A DNA stretch of 64,000 nt from Octopus sinensis (GCF_006345805.1 NC_042999.1:89528001-89592000), one strand, 5' to 3'. Counted from the first letter of the stretch, positions 50,320 to 64,000 are shown. The notes: a model not told the origin generated them from the sequence alone. Translations and numbers: made by a program.

Positions 50320-50355
<36 letters not shown>

Positions 50356-50837
50356 CATAGCCATGGAAAAGGCACACCTCTGCCAATCATTTGAACATAT
50401 CTATAGTTACATATATGTTAACAGTTTTCCAATATGAATCTTACTTGATTTTCGAAGACAGTCAACAACTGATCTGGCTAAAGTGTTTTTAGATCCCAAA
50501 GAAGAACACAAGTCTTTGAAATGCACATTTCTTACTGTTACATATGTGAGTTGGCCATGAAAGATCATCAGAGATTAAAAGGTCTTGTTTCCAAGTAAGG
50601 AGACAGATGTGTAAGACTAGTTCCTTGATATATAGTGACTGTGTGTCTTGTTAGAAGAAACAATATGAAGATATATACCATACAGAAGCAAAAATGCAGG
50701 AAAAAATAAATCTTGAGATATACTGGAACTGATAGTGTAGATCTGTGAATGTTCTGACAGAGTCTGCTGCAATGAAGTGGTCTGACAAGACACTTCTGAT
50801 TCAAGAGATGCAAGATAGATGCAACAATAGGTGAGTA

Positions 50838-51340
50838 CCATAAATCCATGAGTATAATCCACCCTTGAGTATAATACGCAGGGGATTTTTAGGGGTTGTA
50901 CCTTGTGTATAATACGCACCCCTTCTCTAACTTGAGTCATGCATAATTAAGCCAGCAGCACCTAGTCGAACAAACACTTCCACGCATGCGCAATACAATA
51001 ATGGTGATGTTCTTAACTGTTATATGGGAATGTAAATATGTTTGCAAATTGTTTTGTTATATGTTATTTTGTGTTCTGAATACTTTTATTTTAATAAATG
51101 TTGCTTACCACAAGTTATGGATGATTCTTTTATGACTTCATTGCTTTCATTCTTAGCTTAAGGTATTTTCGTGCCCAGCATCACAAAATACGTCTGAATA
51201 AACATTGCCAGACCGCAAATAGAGACACAGACATTGCTTAGAAGATATTTTTCATTTTTAACCTCGTATATAGTACGCACAAGGTATTTTGAACTTTAAA
51301 TTTTGTGGAAAAAATGCAGATTATACTCAAGGATTTATGG
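50838..51340. mobile_element. TA-flanked MITE (Tc1/pogo superfamily)
   Basis: Inverted termini CCATAAATCCATGAGTATAATC / GATTATACTCAAGGATTTATGG with a TA duplication. Confidence 0.8.
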
Positions 51341-52360
51341 TAGTTGAGTTAATAGGTTATTATCAAAGACAGAGTCTTTTTTTTTATGACAAAGGTAATG
51401 ATATTGTTATAGAATAAATTCTCAAGTGTAAAAAACCACTTGAGTGTAATATTAGTAAAAAAAATCTCTGGTACATTTATCAGATATCTGTTGGCATCCT
51501 GCTTGAAAGGCTGAGCATGGATGAGCCAAGGAAGCATTAGTCCAAATGTGCAGAAGAAAAGTTGCTCTAGAAAAGGCAAATTATTTGAATGGATGATGAA
51601 TGTTGGAGGAAAAGGGCTAAGTGCTGCCAGTGGTCACTATGCATGGAAGAAGAAGACTGAGGAAAGTATGGGGAGCAATATACCCACATGACAGAACTAT
51701 CCAACCAAAGCCAGCATGAAAAAAACATGATGTTAAATATTGATGAAGATAACAAGTACAAAACCAAACTGATTTAAACCTACTGCACTATTGTTATCAA
51801 TTTTATCAATCCCAAGGAGGATGAAAGGTGACTAAATACCATACACCAATTGTCATATTTGACACGTGCTCCTCTATAATCAGTGTATTAAAACTGTTTT
51901 CATAAAAAATATATTTCCACAGACATATCAGCAAGAAGGGAAATTGCTTAGCATAGAAAATTCAATCATTGCATAATTAATCATATTATTTGCATTACAA
52001 ACAATGAACTCCTCCTCCTCCTCCTCTTTCTGATCATCTCCACCACTGCAATCACCACCACCACTGCCACCACTACTACCACCACCACTGCTACCACCAC
52101 CATCATCATCATCATTAAGAAAACATAAATAAACTCTGCAATAAAAATAATACCTCAAAGGAACTGAAGTAGCTTATACAATAGTATAAGAAACATAGCT
52201 GAAATAAAATGACCAGAAATCAAAGTCAGTTCAGGGCTCAGCTGAACTGACAGAAGCTTAACTAAGAAATGAATATCAAAGCTGAATCCACATAACAACA
52301 GTATAAAAAAAAAAATTGTCACATGACATCAATGAAAAAAGAAGATTCATTAACATAGTA

Positions 52361-53347
52361 CAGTAATGCCTCACTTTACAAGGACCTGCTTTACAAGACC
52401 CCAGGTTTATGAGTTTTATTTTTCAAGCAAAAGATCCAAATTCTGAAAGAAGTCCAAAAGTTTCTACTACCATAATAAATGCTTCTGCATGTTACTGAAA
52501 AATTTATAAAGAGCGAAAAGAGGCTTCTTCTAAGCAAACAACTCTAGACTTGTTTTTTAAAAAGAAATCTACAAGTCCATCTATGAGTACTTGTGAATCG
52601 GCAATCATGTCTACAAGTGATGGTGTGTGAAAGAGTGAGTGAAGGTGATTTAGAAAGTGATTATAGTAATAATATTCCGCATGGTTCTTGGTCTCAAGAA
52701 TTTGTCTTATGAAGAAAGGCTGAAGATGCTCGACCTTTATTCTCTAGAAAAACGACGACGCCGTGGTGATCTCATTCTTGCTCACAACATCATAAGCGGA
52801 AGGTGTAACCTCTCGAAAGAGCTGTTCTTCACTCCTGCTCCAGAGCATCGGCTGCGGGGTCATTCCAAAAAGCTCTATCTGCAACGATTTCATCTCAATT
52901 GAAGGAGAGGGGCTTTCTCCGTCCGGGTTGCGGATCCATGGAATAAGCAGCCAGACGAGATGGTGAAGATGCCAACAACCACTCGGTTCAAAGTCTCCCT
53001 TGACCACAAGTGACCTGAACTCTTTACATGAACACCACTCTGTACATGACTCCATGTCCCACTACATGGCCTTGCTTTTTGCTTTTTGAGCCAAAAAATT
53101 AACTAACTAACTAACTAAATGATCTTTGACATTCCTTTTACTTTACATAAAATACTCTTTGCATTCTACTGTTGTTTTATTACCATTTATTTAAAAGTAT
53201 TATAAATTCTATAGGTGAAATATTTTTCTGGGAACTAATTACAACTTAAAACATTGCTACTATGAGAAATTATTGCTCTGCTTTACAAGTCTTCGCTTTA
53301 CGAGTAGCTTCCGGGAACAAATTAACTTGTATATCAAGATATTATTG
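52361..53347 (+). mobile_element. Tigger-like non-autonomous transposon containing a nested CR1 LINE 3' fragment (about 52675-53120)
   Basis: Degenerate termini CAGTAATGCCTCACTTTACAAG / CTTGTATATCAAGATATTATTG with TA flanks; SKQTTLDLFFKK. The nested LSYEERLKMLDLYSLEKRRRRGDLI..LRGHSKKL..FSVRVADPWN ends in an (AACT)n tail. Confidence 0.75.
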
Positions 53348-56300
53348 TATATCTAAGGAGCTCATTTCTCTTCAAGAAAGAAATTCTGGAATCAAATACA
53401 CATTATAAAACATAGGACAATGGAAGAGAGCTCTTGATGTAATTTGTTAAAAATAGCAGCCAAATGTCCTCAAATCACACTATCATTTTTTTAAAAATGA
53501 TTAATTGGATAATGTATTCCTTAGTGAATAAGATGAGATGATCGAAGCTGGAACACCTTTGATAATCATAATTCTGCTTGAATAGAGCTGAATTGGAGCT
53601 AAAAAAACAACATTACAACAGTACCTTCAATGTTTACTGGGGTCTCCTTTTGAGTACCTAATTATAATTTAGTAACCTAAGCTATTAAAAGTTAAGTGAA
53701 TTTAACAAGAATCCAGCACAGCATCAATGACAAAATATATAGAGTTGCATATTTATTGAATCAATAAGTTGTAATTTTCCAAAACACCTAAAATTGATCC
53801 TCTACTTCAATAAATGATTGCTAAAATCTAATATAAATCATATGACTGTAATAATATACTTTCATTACTCATAAAACAGAATAGGAAGAGACACATGGGA
53901 TGGAGAGTTGCTGAAGAGGTCACAGGATGTGTGACAAAAGATTTTAGACAAAAGACATAAAATAAGATTAATAATAAAGCTGAAGTGAAGACCAAGTATA
54001 TAGTGCATGTGGTTAATTGGTAAAAGTATGACCATCACCAAACATAACAATACAAGATAATTCTATTTCAGATTTAGAGTAGTACTGTTACATATGTATG
54101 AAACTTATTGAGTGAAATAAAAGAAAGTGTGAACTATACAGTATAGCTTAATTGCAGAAAGCTAAAATTGGATGAACTGGGATGGTACTCATCTTCAGTC
54201 AAGCTATCAATACTTCACGTAATTACAGTTTTACCCCACTGACCAAATATACTGAACTCCTATTACTAGCCCAAATAGTAATAAGTAAATACTGTCCAGA
54301 AGTTATGTTCAAGACCTTAAGAAGAGGATCAAGTATATCATAGATAAAAGTATTGTTAGTTTGCTCAATTATGCTTTAATCTTCTGATAAAATAGTAAAA
54401 GAAATCACAGATGTACCAACCCCTGGAGCTAACATCCAACTGTAGACACAGTTGATCACTTTCGCATAAATAAATAAAGCACAAACTGACTGACCCTCAA
54501 TATTAAATGAGTAAAATGAACTGAGGTGCTCATTCATAAGAAACATTATTATTAGAACAAACACTTTGATTTCATCATCATCGTCATCATTTAATGTCTG
54601 CCTTCCATGCTGGCATGGGCTGGATGGTTTGACAAGAGCTAGCCAGGCAGAAAACTGCACCAGACTTCTGTGTCTATTTTGGCACGGTTTTTATGGCTGG
54701 ATGCCTTTCCTAGCACCAACTACCCAGCAGAGTAGATTGTGCTTTTTATGTGGCATGAGCACAGCTGAGGTCAGGTTTAGCATAGTTTTTACAGCTGGAT
54801 GCTCTTCCAAACGTCAACCACTTTACAGTGTGGACTAGGTGCTTATAATTATTTACTTTCCATAAAATAACCTGGAAGACTAATTTCAAGTTGATTTTCA
54901 TGGAACCAGAGATTCATGTCATTACTTCAAAAATTAAAAACAGATTTACTAATTAAAAACATTATCTGCTACACTGACATGCATAAAAGATTCTAAGATA
55001 TTCATTAAAGTCATGCACATGGGATTCTGGAATTATTTCATGGCCATGCATATTATTATTTATATCTCATGCAGTTATTTCTGTGTGTATATGAGGTCAA
55101 AGACTTACCTACATGAAATTTAAATACTTCAAAAGATTTGTTATAACAAAAATAACAAAACGAAGAATCAATAGAACTAATGAGTGCAGCCTAAGCATTT
55201 TCCAGCAACTAATCCTTTAGAGCAGTGATGTACTAGCTCTATTACAATTTCTAGGATCATGCTTGATCTAGAACTAAGAGTAAAGTGAAAGTACATGGTA
55301 TAGTGAAAGAAAAAGCAATATAAAAGCAGACATCACTTAAACAAAAGAAAAACCATAACCATTGAAAAAAAAACATACCCCAAAGCAATCCCAGAACTGC
55401 ATTTGGATTTGTACCTGTGAGGACTGAGTGAGAAATAAAAGAATTAGATATTGCAAGAAAACCAATCAGTAATTATAGACAACACTAGTTTTTGAGTTTC
55501 TTCTAATTTTTCAAATTAACAGAATACAGGTTGACAGTACTAAACTTGAAACCTTTGAAATGAGATATGTACTGGACTACTTCATATTTCAGAAAGACCA
55601 ATGATTAGATAGTAGAGTCATAAATATAAGAAGTTCCAGCACTATTAGTATCAAAATAAATCTGAAGATTTTTTTTGAGAAGCTTGTGTAATAAGAAAGT
55701 AAACAAGTTTATTTAATGCCCATCAGTAAACCTGTTTTCAACTGCAGTTTTTGTTGTTGCTTAGCCTCACATTCACCCTGACTGAGCTGATCTGTGAACA
55801 AAGGTATTTCAACCATGAGCTGGATTGGCTTTGTTTATAAAGTACACAATCCAATGTGTTTTTCCTGTTTTTTTTTCTTTTTTTAAGAAAAGAAAATGAT
55901 TTGAAAGAGATTTGGTTGCTTTTTCTAGCAGGTCAGATAATCACATAGAGGCCCTTTTGATAGTTCAGTCATCTTCAGTTAACTGAGCTTTTTAATGACA
56001 CAAAACAAGATAAAAGAGAATTAGGATTAGACAAATACCTGGAGTGGGGGCAGGTGAATGATAAGGAGGCTGTAGGCTAGAGTAATATTAAGTTAGTGAT
56101 AGCTAATATTAGATATATTGGTTTCAAATTTTGGCACAAAGCCAGCAAGTTCGGGGGAGGGGGTAAGTTGATTACATCAACCCCAGTGCTCAACTGGTAC
56201 TTATTTTATCAATGCCAAAAGGATGAAAGGCAAAGTCAACCCTGGCAGAATTTGAACTCAGAATATAGAGACAAACTAAATCCTTACCAAGCATTTTGCC

Positions 56301-57008
56301 CAGATATATTATGAACACAAATTATATTCCATGACGAAAACTTTTACATTTGACAGTTTCAAGATTCAGAATTGTCAACCTATATATTATAAATTATTGT
56401 ATTAAACAACCAAAAAATGAACTGCTACTTCATTAAAACACAAAATGTACGTAACTGTTGTACATCATACAATAACATTTATATGGCTATGATATGTTTA
56501 TAACACACTATATAAATATATATACTTGTGGTAATCATAAATCAGTTAATATTCTTTTATTCTTTTACTTGTTTCAGTTTCAGTCATATGACTGCAGCTA
56601 TGCTGAAGCACCACCTTTAGCCACACAAATCGTCCCCAGGAATTGTTCTTTGTAAGCCTAGTAATTATTCTATCGGTCTCTTTTGCTGAACTGCTAAGTT
56701 ATATTCATCAGACATTATAACATTCCTCTTTTCAAGAGAAGAATACCAGTCTTCGCTTGAATAAAGGAGTCGGACCTACAGTAATAACTTCATCTGACTA
56801 TTTACTAGTTGCTTACCTATGATTTTATGCATATATCACCTGTCTATTATGGTTATTATGTATCTCTTGGCTTCCTGAAAGAACTTTTGAGATAAAGCAT
56901 TACATAATTTCAATATCTATTGTTTTCTTTATTTTTATTCTGTATTTTTGTACTTCATGTAAATGTATGTATCAAGCCTAATTGTTTCTCAACCTTACAA
57001 CACATACA

Positions 57009-57046
<38 letters not shown>

Positions 57047-57061
57047 CACACACACACCATA

Positions 57062-57612
57062 TGAGGTCTCAAAAAGTATCAGGACTGTTGCTATAGTAAC
57101 AGAGCTGAAGTACACAGAGTGAATGAAGTCACTTGGCACAGATTGACCTTGAGCTCTGTCATACATGCACATTAAGTTATGATGTTCTTGCTTACTTTCA
57201 TTATTTACAGCAGTGCTTGGAAGTAAAAGTGTACAGAGTGTTGTCATCTCAAAAACAAGATCAGATTTCAGCAGTGCAGGATCTCTTTGACTGTATCAAA
57301 GAAGACGAAAACGTTTTGAAAATGGTCATAATAGGTAATAAATCATGGGTCTATGACTAAGACCCTAAAACAAAGGCTCACTCTTCACAGTGGAAGACCC
57401 CAAATATATCTCAAAACATCAAGGAAATTCAAGAGATTGCAACAAGGCAGCTGCTTGCTATCCCAAAAAAGGCATTCCAGAAATGCTTCCATCAATGGAA
57501 ACAAAACTCAATATAGTGTGTGGTTCAGAAGGAGATTAAATGCCAAATTGCTATGGGTTGTAGTTTTTGGTATATAGCAGCATTCCTGATATTTTTTGAT
57601 CAGATCTCACAT
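57062..57612 (+). mobile_element. Degraded mariner remnant
   Basis: Termini GAGGTCTCAAAAAGTATCAGGA / TCCTGATATTTTTTGATCAGATCTC; IIGNKSWVYD*DPKTK resembles TGDETWVY.YDPETK. Confidence 0.65.
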
Positions 57613-57917
57613 ACACTTTATGTCTATATATATCTTTCTCTCTATCGCTCTCTCTCATATATAGATTCATTATATACACACACACATGTGTATATATGTA
57701 TACTTGTATGTATGTATGAGTACATACACACACACACATACACACATATATATATATATATACGACGAGCTTCTGTCAAATCCACTCACAAGGATTTAGT
57801 TGACCCAAGGCTATAAAAAAAGACACTTGCCCAAGGTGCCATTCAGTGGGACTGAACCCAGAACCATGTGGTTGGGAAGTAAGCTTCTTACCATATAGCC
57901 ATGCCTGCACCTGTATA

Positions 57918-58042
<125 letters not shown>

Positions 58043-58513
58043 TTTATCCACAGATGATATGAACAGTAGTGACATCTGATTTCAAATCTCAGTGTTTGAA
58101 TGTTTTGCGTATATATATATCGAAAAGATCTCAGAATTTTAATTGATTTGCTTTTCGCAGGAAGGAAGTTTTCTTCGAAGTATACGTCTCGCTTTTATCC
58201 TTCGAAACGTTTAGTAGATGAAACCTTAGCGACTGAAGAAGGGGATTTTTCGTTGTGCTTATTGTCCCGTATCTCCTTTTTTTGCTTGTCTTGTTCCTTG
58301 GTTTGTGTCTATGTTTTTCGTCTCTCTATGTGTTCGACGTCTTTTTGGTGTCCTGTACACATATATGCGTGTATATGTACATGTAGAGGTAGGTACGTAC
58401 ATATATGTTTATATATATGCATATGTTCTATTTTATTAACATATATATATATATATGTATATATTTATATTATCATTATTAGTATTATTATTATTATTAA
58501 TTATTTATATATA

Positions 58514-58548
<35 letters not shown>

Positions 58549-58580
58549 TCATGCTTATATGTTGTGTGTGTATGTATATA

Positions 58581-61500
58581 TCATCATCATCATCATCATC
58601 ATTTAACGTCTGCTTTCCATGCTAGCATGGGTTGGACGGTTCAACTGGGGTCTGGGGAGCCCGAAAGCTGCACCAGTCCAGTCAGATCTGGCAGTGTTTC
58701 TACAGCTGGATGCCCTTCCTAACGCCAACCACTCCGAGAGTGTAGTGGGTGATTTTATGTGCCACCGACACAGGTGCCAGACGAGGCTGGCAAACGGCCA
58801 CGCTCGGATGGTGTTTTTTATGTGCCACCGACACAGGTGCCAGACGAGGCTGGCAGACGGCCACGCTCGGATGGTGTTTTTATGTGCCACCGACACAGGT
58901 GCCAGATGAGGCTGGCAAACGGCCACGATCGGATGGTGCTTGTTACGTGCCCACAGCACGGAGGCCAGTCGATGCGGAACTGGCTACGGCCACGTTCGGA
59001 TGGTTTTCTTGTGTGCCACGTGCCACCGGCACTGGTACCACAGATACAAATTCCATTGATGTTCATCTATTTTGATTTGTTTTGATTTTCACTTGCCTCA
59101 ACAGGTCTTCACAAGTGTCACAAGAAGGAAGGTATGCACAGGTGGACTGACTACGTCCCAGGTAGGGGCCATGGGTTATGGCCTGACTAGTCTTGCCGGG
59201 TCTTCGGATGGTGTTTTTATGTGCCACCGACACAGGTGCTAGATGAGGCTGGCGAACGACCACGATCGGATGGTGTTTGTCATGTGCCCACCGCACTGAC
59301 TACAGCACTGATGGATTTCTTGTGTGCCACAGGCACTGGTACCACAAGATACAAATTCCATTGATGTTCATCTATTTTGTCTATTTTGATTTGATTTGAT
59401 TTGATTTGATTTTCACTTGCCTCAACCGGTCTTCACAAGTGTCACAAGAAGGAAGGTATGCACAGGTGGACTGACTAGTCTTGCCGGGTCTTCGGAAGGT
59501 GTTTTTATGTGCCACCGACACAGGTGCCAGATGAGGCTGGCGAACGGCCATGATCGGATGGTGTTTGTTACATGCCCACAGCACGGAGGCCGGTCGATGC
59601 GGAACTGGCTACGGCCACGTTCGGATGGATCTCTTGTGTGCCACCGGCACTGGTACCACAAAGTGTGTGCCACCGGCACTGGTACCACAAAGATACAGAT
59701 TCCATTGATGTTCATCTATTTTGATTTGTTTTGATTTAGATTTTTTGATTTTCACTTGCCTCAACAGGTCTTCACAAGTGTCACAAGAAGGAAGGTATGC
59801 ACAAGTGGACTGACTACGTCCCAGGTAGGGGCCATGGGTTATGGCCTGACTAGTCTTGCCGGGTCTTCGGATGGTGTTTTTATGTGCCACCGACACAGGT
59901 GCTAGATGAGGCTGACGAACGGCCACGATCGGATGGTGTTTGTCATGTGCCCACAGCACGGAGGCCAGTCGATGCGGTACTGGCTACGGCCACTTTCGGA
60001 TGGTTTTCTCTTGTGTGCCACCGGCACTGGTACCACAAAGATACAAATTCCATTGATGTTCATCTATTTTGATTTGTTTTGATTTGATTTTCACTTGCCT
60101 CAACAGGCCTTCACAAGTATCACAAGGAGGAAGGTATGCACAGGTGGACTGACTACGTCCCAGGTAGGGGCCATGGTTTATGGCCCTAGTCTTGCCGGGT
60201 CCTCGGATGGTGTTTTTATGTGCCACCGACACAGGTGCTAGATGAGGCTGGCGAACGGCCACGACCGGATGGTGTTTGTTATGTGCCCACACACGATGGC
60301 CATGATGCGGTACTGACTACGGCCATGTTCGGATGATTCTTGTGTGCCACGTCACTGGTACCGGTACTGACTACTTTCCAGCACAGGTGCTAGATGAGGC
60401 TGGCGAACGGCCACGACCGGATGTGTTGTGCCCACAGCACGATGGCCAGTGTGCGTACTGACTACGGCCACGTTCGGATGGATTCTTGTGTGCCACCGGC
60501 ACTGGTACCACAAGCGCTGACTACGGCCACGTATGGATCTTGTGTGCCACCGGCACTGGTCCACAAAGATACAAATTCCATTGATGTTCATCTATTTTGA
60601 TTTGTTTTGATTTTCACTTGCCTCAACAGGTCTTCACAAGTGTCGCAAGAAGGAAGGTATGTACAGGTGGACTGACTACGTCCCAGGTAGGGCCCACGGG
60701 TTTATGACCTGACTAGTCTTGCCGGGTCTTCGGATGGTGTTTTTATGTGCCACCATGTTCCCACAGCACGGAGGCGAGTCGATGCGGTACTGGTTACGGC
60801 CACGTTCGGATGGTTTTCTTGTGTGCCACAGGCACTGGTACCACAAAGATACAAATTCCATTGATGTTCATCTATTTTGATTGATTTCCACTTGCCTCAG
60901 CAGGTCTTCACAAGTGTCACAAGAAGGAAGGTATGCACAGGTGGATCAACTACGTCCCAGGTAGGGGCCACGGGATATGGCCTGACTAGTCCTGCCGGGT
61001 CCTCTCATGCACAGCACACTTCCATAGGACTCGGTCTTCAGTCATTTCCTTGGTGAGACCTAAAGTTCGAAGGTCGTGCTTCACCACCTCGTCCCAGGTT
61101 TTCCTGGGTCTACCTCTTCCACAGGTTCCCTCAACTGCTAGGGTGTAGCACTTTTGCACACAACTATCTTCAGCCATTCTCGTCACATGACCATACCAGC
61201 GCAGCCGTCCCTCTTGCACACCACAACTGACACTTCTTAGGTTCAACTTTTCTCTCAAAGTACTTACACTCTGACGATTATGAACACTGACATTACACAT
61301 CCATCGGAGCATACTGGCTTCATTTCTTGCAAGCTTACGCATATCCTCAGCTGTCACGGCCCATGTTTCACTACCATGTAGCATGGCTGTACGTACACAC
61401 GCATCATATAGTCTGCCTTTTACTCTTAGCGAGAGGCCTTTTGTCACCAGCAGGGGTAAGAGCTCTCTAAACTTTGCCCAGGCTATTCTTACTCTAGCAG

Positions 61501-61607
61501 TTACACTTTCAGCACACCCACCCCCGCTACTGACTTGGTCTCCTAGGTAGCGGAAGCTATCAACTACTTCTAGTTTGTCTCCCTGGAACGTGGTAGAAGT
61601 TGGTCTC
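58581..61607 (-). mobile_element. Second, heavily 5'-truncated RTE LINE of the same family with a tandemly expanded 3'UTR
   Basis: 61607-60986 is colinear with 46558-47182 (stop at 60986). It has the same terminal segment and (GAT)n tail at 58581-58750. Confidence 0.9.
58750..60985. repeat. Complex tandem array of about six 280-530 bp units plus ~62-bp sub-repeats, derived from the RTE 3'UTR
   Basis: Marker AGATACAAATTCCATTGATGTTCATCTATTTTG occurs at about 59042, 59347, 59691, 60040, 60566 and 60848. Sub-repeat TATGTGCCACCGACACAGG occurs at 58756, 58819 and 58881. Confidence 0.9.
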
Positions 61608-63135
61608 TATATATATATATATATATATATCATCATCATCATCATCATCATCATTTGATGTACTTGTCTGTGCTTTTTTTTTGTGCCACAGGTACTCGTG
61701 AGGTTATGAGGTAACTTGCAAGAGAGAAAAAGAACAGGGGAGAAAAAGGAAAAAAAAAAAAAACATCTGCTCCTAAGTGGAGGTGGGGCATTTAAGAGTG
61801 GGAGGTGGTTTTATGCCAGGCATTGAGAGGCTAAATATGATAGAGGGTCAAGAATAGATGTCTGGCTATAGAGGAGATATGTGGCTACGTAGCGTTATAC
61901 AGGGGTGGGTGGGAGTTGTTGGGGGGGGGGAGATAATGAGGGATATGATGGGGTGTCAGAGCAAGCTCTCAAGGCATAAGAAAGTGAGCGTAAGAGAGGA
62001 TATGGACAGTGGATGAGGAGCGTTATTAATCCAATTAGCATGCATGTTATTAACCCTCATCTGTTTTTCAAGTAAGAGATCTCTTATTTCACATATCTTC
62101 AAAGACCTAAAACCAGCAGATGATTTGTTGGCATCAGACATGACAGCAACAGTTAGATATAGCATTTGCTCAGTATTCCAACTCTAGGGTCTTAAAAGTT
62201 AAAGACTCCCTTTGGTCATGAATGACCATGGGATTGCACCTAGAAAGTTACCTTCCAAGGCACAAGTCTGGGCAAGGTTGTTTATAGAAGACCAGCATTT
62301 GACCATGCATACCAGCCTCCCCTCCCCTCTCCATGCCACCGATGTTATCCAAGGAAAGAGCAAAGGCCAATATAGTTTGGCACTAGTGATATCACAACTC
62401 ATTTCTACAGCTGAATGAACTGGAGCAACGTGAAGTAAAGTGTTTTGCTCAAGAACACAACACACAGCCCAGTCCAGGAATCAAACACACTACCTCGTGA
62501 TTGGGAGCTCAATGCTCTAACCATTAAGCCATGAGCCTTCACTCTAGGATCTTATTATCCTAAAATTCAAGTCTAAAATTATCAGTCTATATTTTAAGAG
62601 ATTGTTATAATAGACTCAGCTGTTACATTGAGCAGATCGCATATAAACAAATAAATCTATCTATTACATATATTTAACATTATAATGTCACTGTTGGTTG
62701 TAGTTTTCCAGCAAGTCAATCACTAGTTCACTTCATTTATAATGGAAAGAGTGACAAAAGAATATTAGCAACTCTGCATTGCTGGGGTCACAAGCGAGTT
62801 GTTAACCTATTATTTCCACTAGTACTCAACTCTCACTTGTGGCCCCAGCAACGTAGAGGTAGGTGTTGACAGAAGCGTGCATACAGGCAAACATAAATAT
62901 ATGCATTACAAACATGCAAGTACTCCCTTGATCTGCAAGAACTAGCAGTTAAATATCTTCAATCCACATCTTACCATTTAAGAAAAGAGTAAATAAGAAA
63001 ATGTAGTCCTAGATTCATAATGCTTAAATAAAAGATGGAAAGCCTTTGGAGCTGAACATAACAGCATACAGAAGTTAGATTTGTATATTCAGGGAATTCT
63101 TTGTATTTGAATAACTCTCTCTCTCTCTCTCTCTG

Positions 63136-63190
<55 letters not shown>

Positions 63191-63623
63191 GACGGTATTC
63201 ATATTGGCAGCTCGTAAGTATCAGTTTTCTTTTTATGATTAAGTAAAATGATTAATTATGATGAAAATACATTTCAGATAATTTTTTAAAATAAATAAAG
63301 AGGCAACTAAATGACTTTTCAATGTATATTGTTTGTCACCAACACTTTAATCAAATGCTAACACAATGAATTAATTGAGAGTGAGCCAATAAGGGAGCCT
63401 CCAATTGGTTAGTTGATCTGCTTGAAATAGCAGCAAAATTTCTTTTAAGTCACACCCTGTCACTGAAAAATATGATCCTGAGTTCCTTGCACATAAGAAA
63501 AACATATATATAACAGTTGGAACACTTTTGATCAAAATCTGCTCCATCAGGGCTGGTCTGAAGTCAAACAACAACTGAGAATATTAATGATAGTTAAAAA
63601 CAAAAACTTCAATAGCAACTCAC

Positions 63624-63744
63624 ATTTCATTTTGCTAAAATCCAATGATGTTTCTCTAATACTAAAATCAGCCTGGAATGGTGCAATCTGTTCTCGTAGA
63701 ATCAGTAAATGTTTTATCATAAACATCTGACCATCTAGTAAGGT
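63624..63744 (-). CDS. COG3: COG3 exon ([40 protein letters not shown])
   Basis: Minus-strand acceptor ttttttaaag; donor GTGAGT; highly conserved COG3 motif. Confidence 0.93.
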
Positions 63745-64000
63745 CTTTAAAAAAACAAGGAAAAGCAATGTTGTTGAATTAGTTTTGACATGTTTCACTT
63801 TTAAAGAGTTATAAAAGAAATAGACAAATCAGTAGACTAGTTTATTGATGTAATTTGCATTCAATTCTTCTTAGTTCTCTAAACCACCAAAGTAATTATC
63901 AATGAGATCAATGCTTTATAAAACCATTTTCTCTTTATTTTAACCTGCTTTATTGTCAGTTAAGAAGTGTCGCATGTCTTCATTTTATCTTAAATACAGC

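Noticed and set aside
58770-58800. HDV-like ribozyme in the RTE 3'UTR module (minus-strand CCA-GCCUCGUC-UGG resembles HDV P3/L3)
   Set aside because: I could not find a P1 partner, the P1.1 GG or a P2 closure; it folds more simply as a plain hairpin.
58750-60985. CRISPR-like appearance of the repeat array
   Set aside because: The DNA is eukaryotic, the units are long with no unique spacers, there are no cas genes, and the array derives from a LINE 3'UTR.

Overview
This is AT-rich, microsatellite- and SINE-dense animal genomic DNA; the repeat landscape suggests an octopus or other coleoid cephalopod (inference). Two spliced genes converge tail-to-tail. On the + strand is a chordin-like (CHRDL1/2-type) BMP antagonist: 11 coding exons from 1808 to 25550, about 416 codons, with three VWC domains and a C-terminal domain; the signal-peptide exon lies upstream of the window. 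On the - strand are the last six coding exons of COG3 (63744 to 36134). The introns carry many mobile elements: a 5'-truncated RTE LINE with an uninterrupted ORF of about 770 codons, a second inverted RTE copy whose 3'UTR has expanded into a tandem array, R4/Dong-type elements and SINEs inserted in (TAA)n, Penelope-like GIY-YIG remnants, mariner/Tigger/pogo remnants and a CR1 fragment. The top finding is a complete type I hammerhead ribozyme (48323-48367, +). It sits inside a long rod-like stem within a highly base-paired, retrozyme-like element of about 300 nt. A second, minimal Penelope-type hammerhead motif lies at 5517-5551 (-). All splice models, folds and family assignments were worked out by eye and need computational or experimental confirmation.
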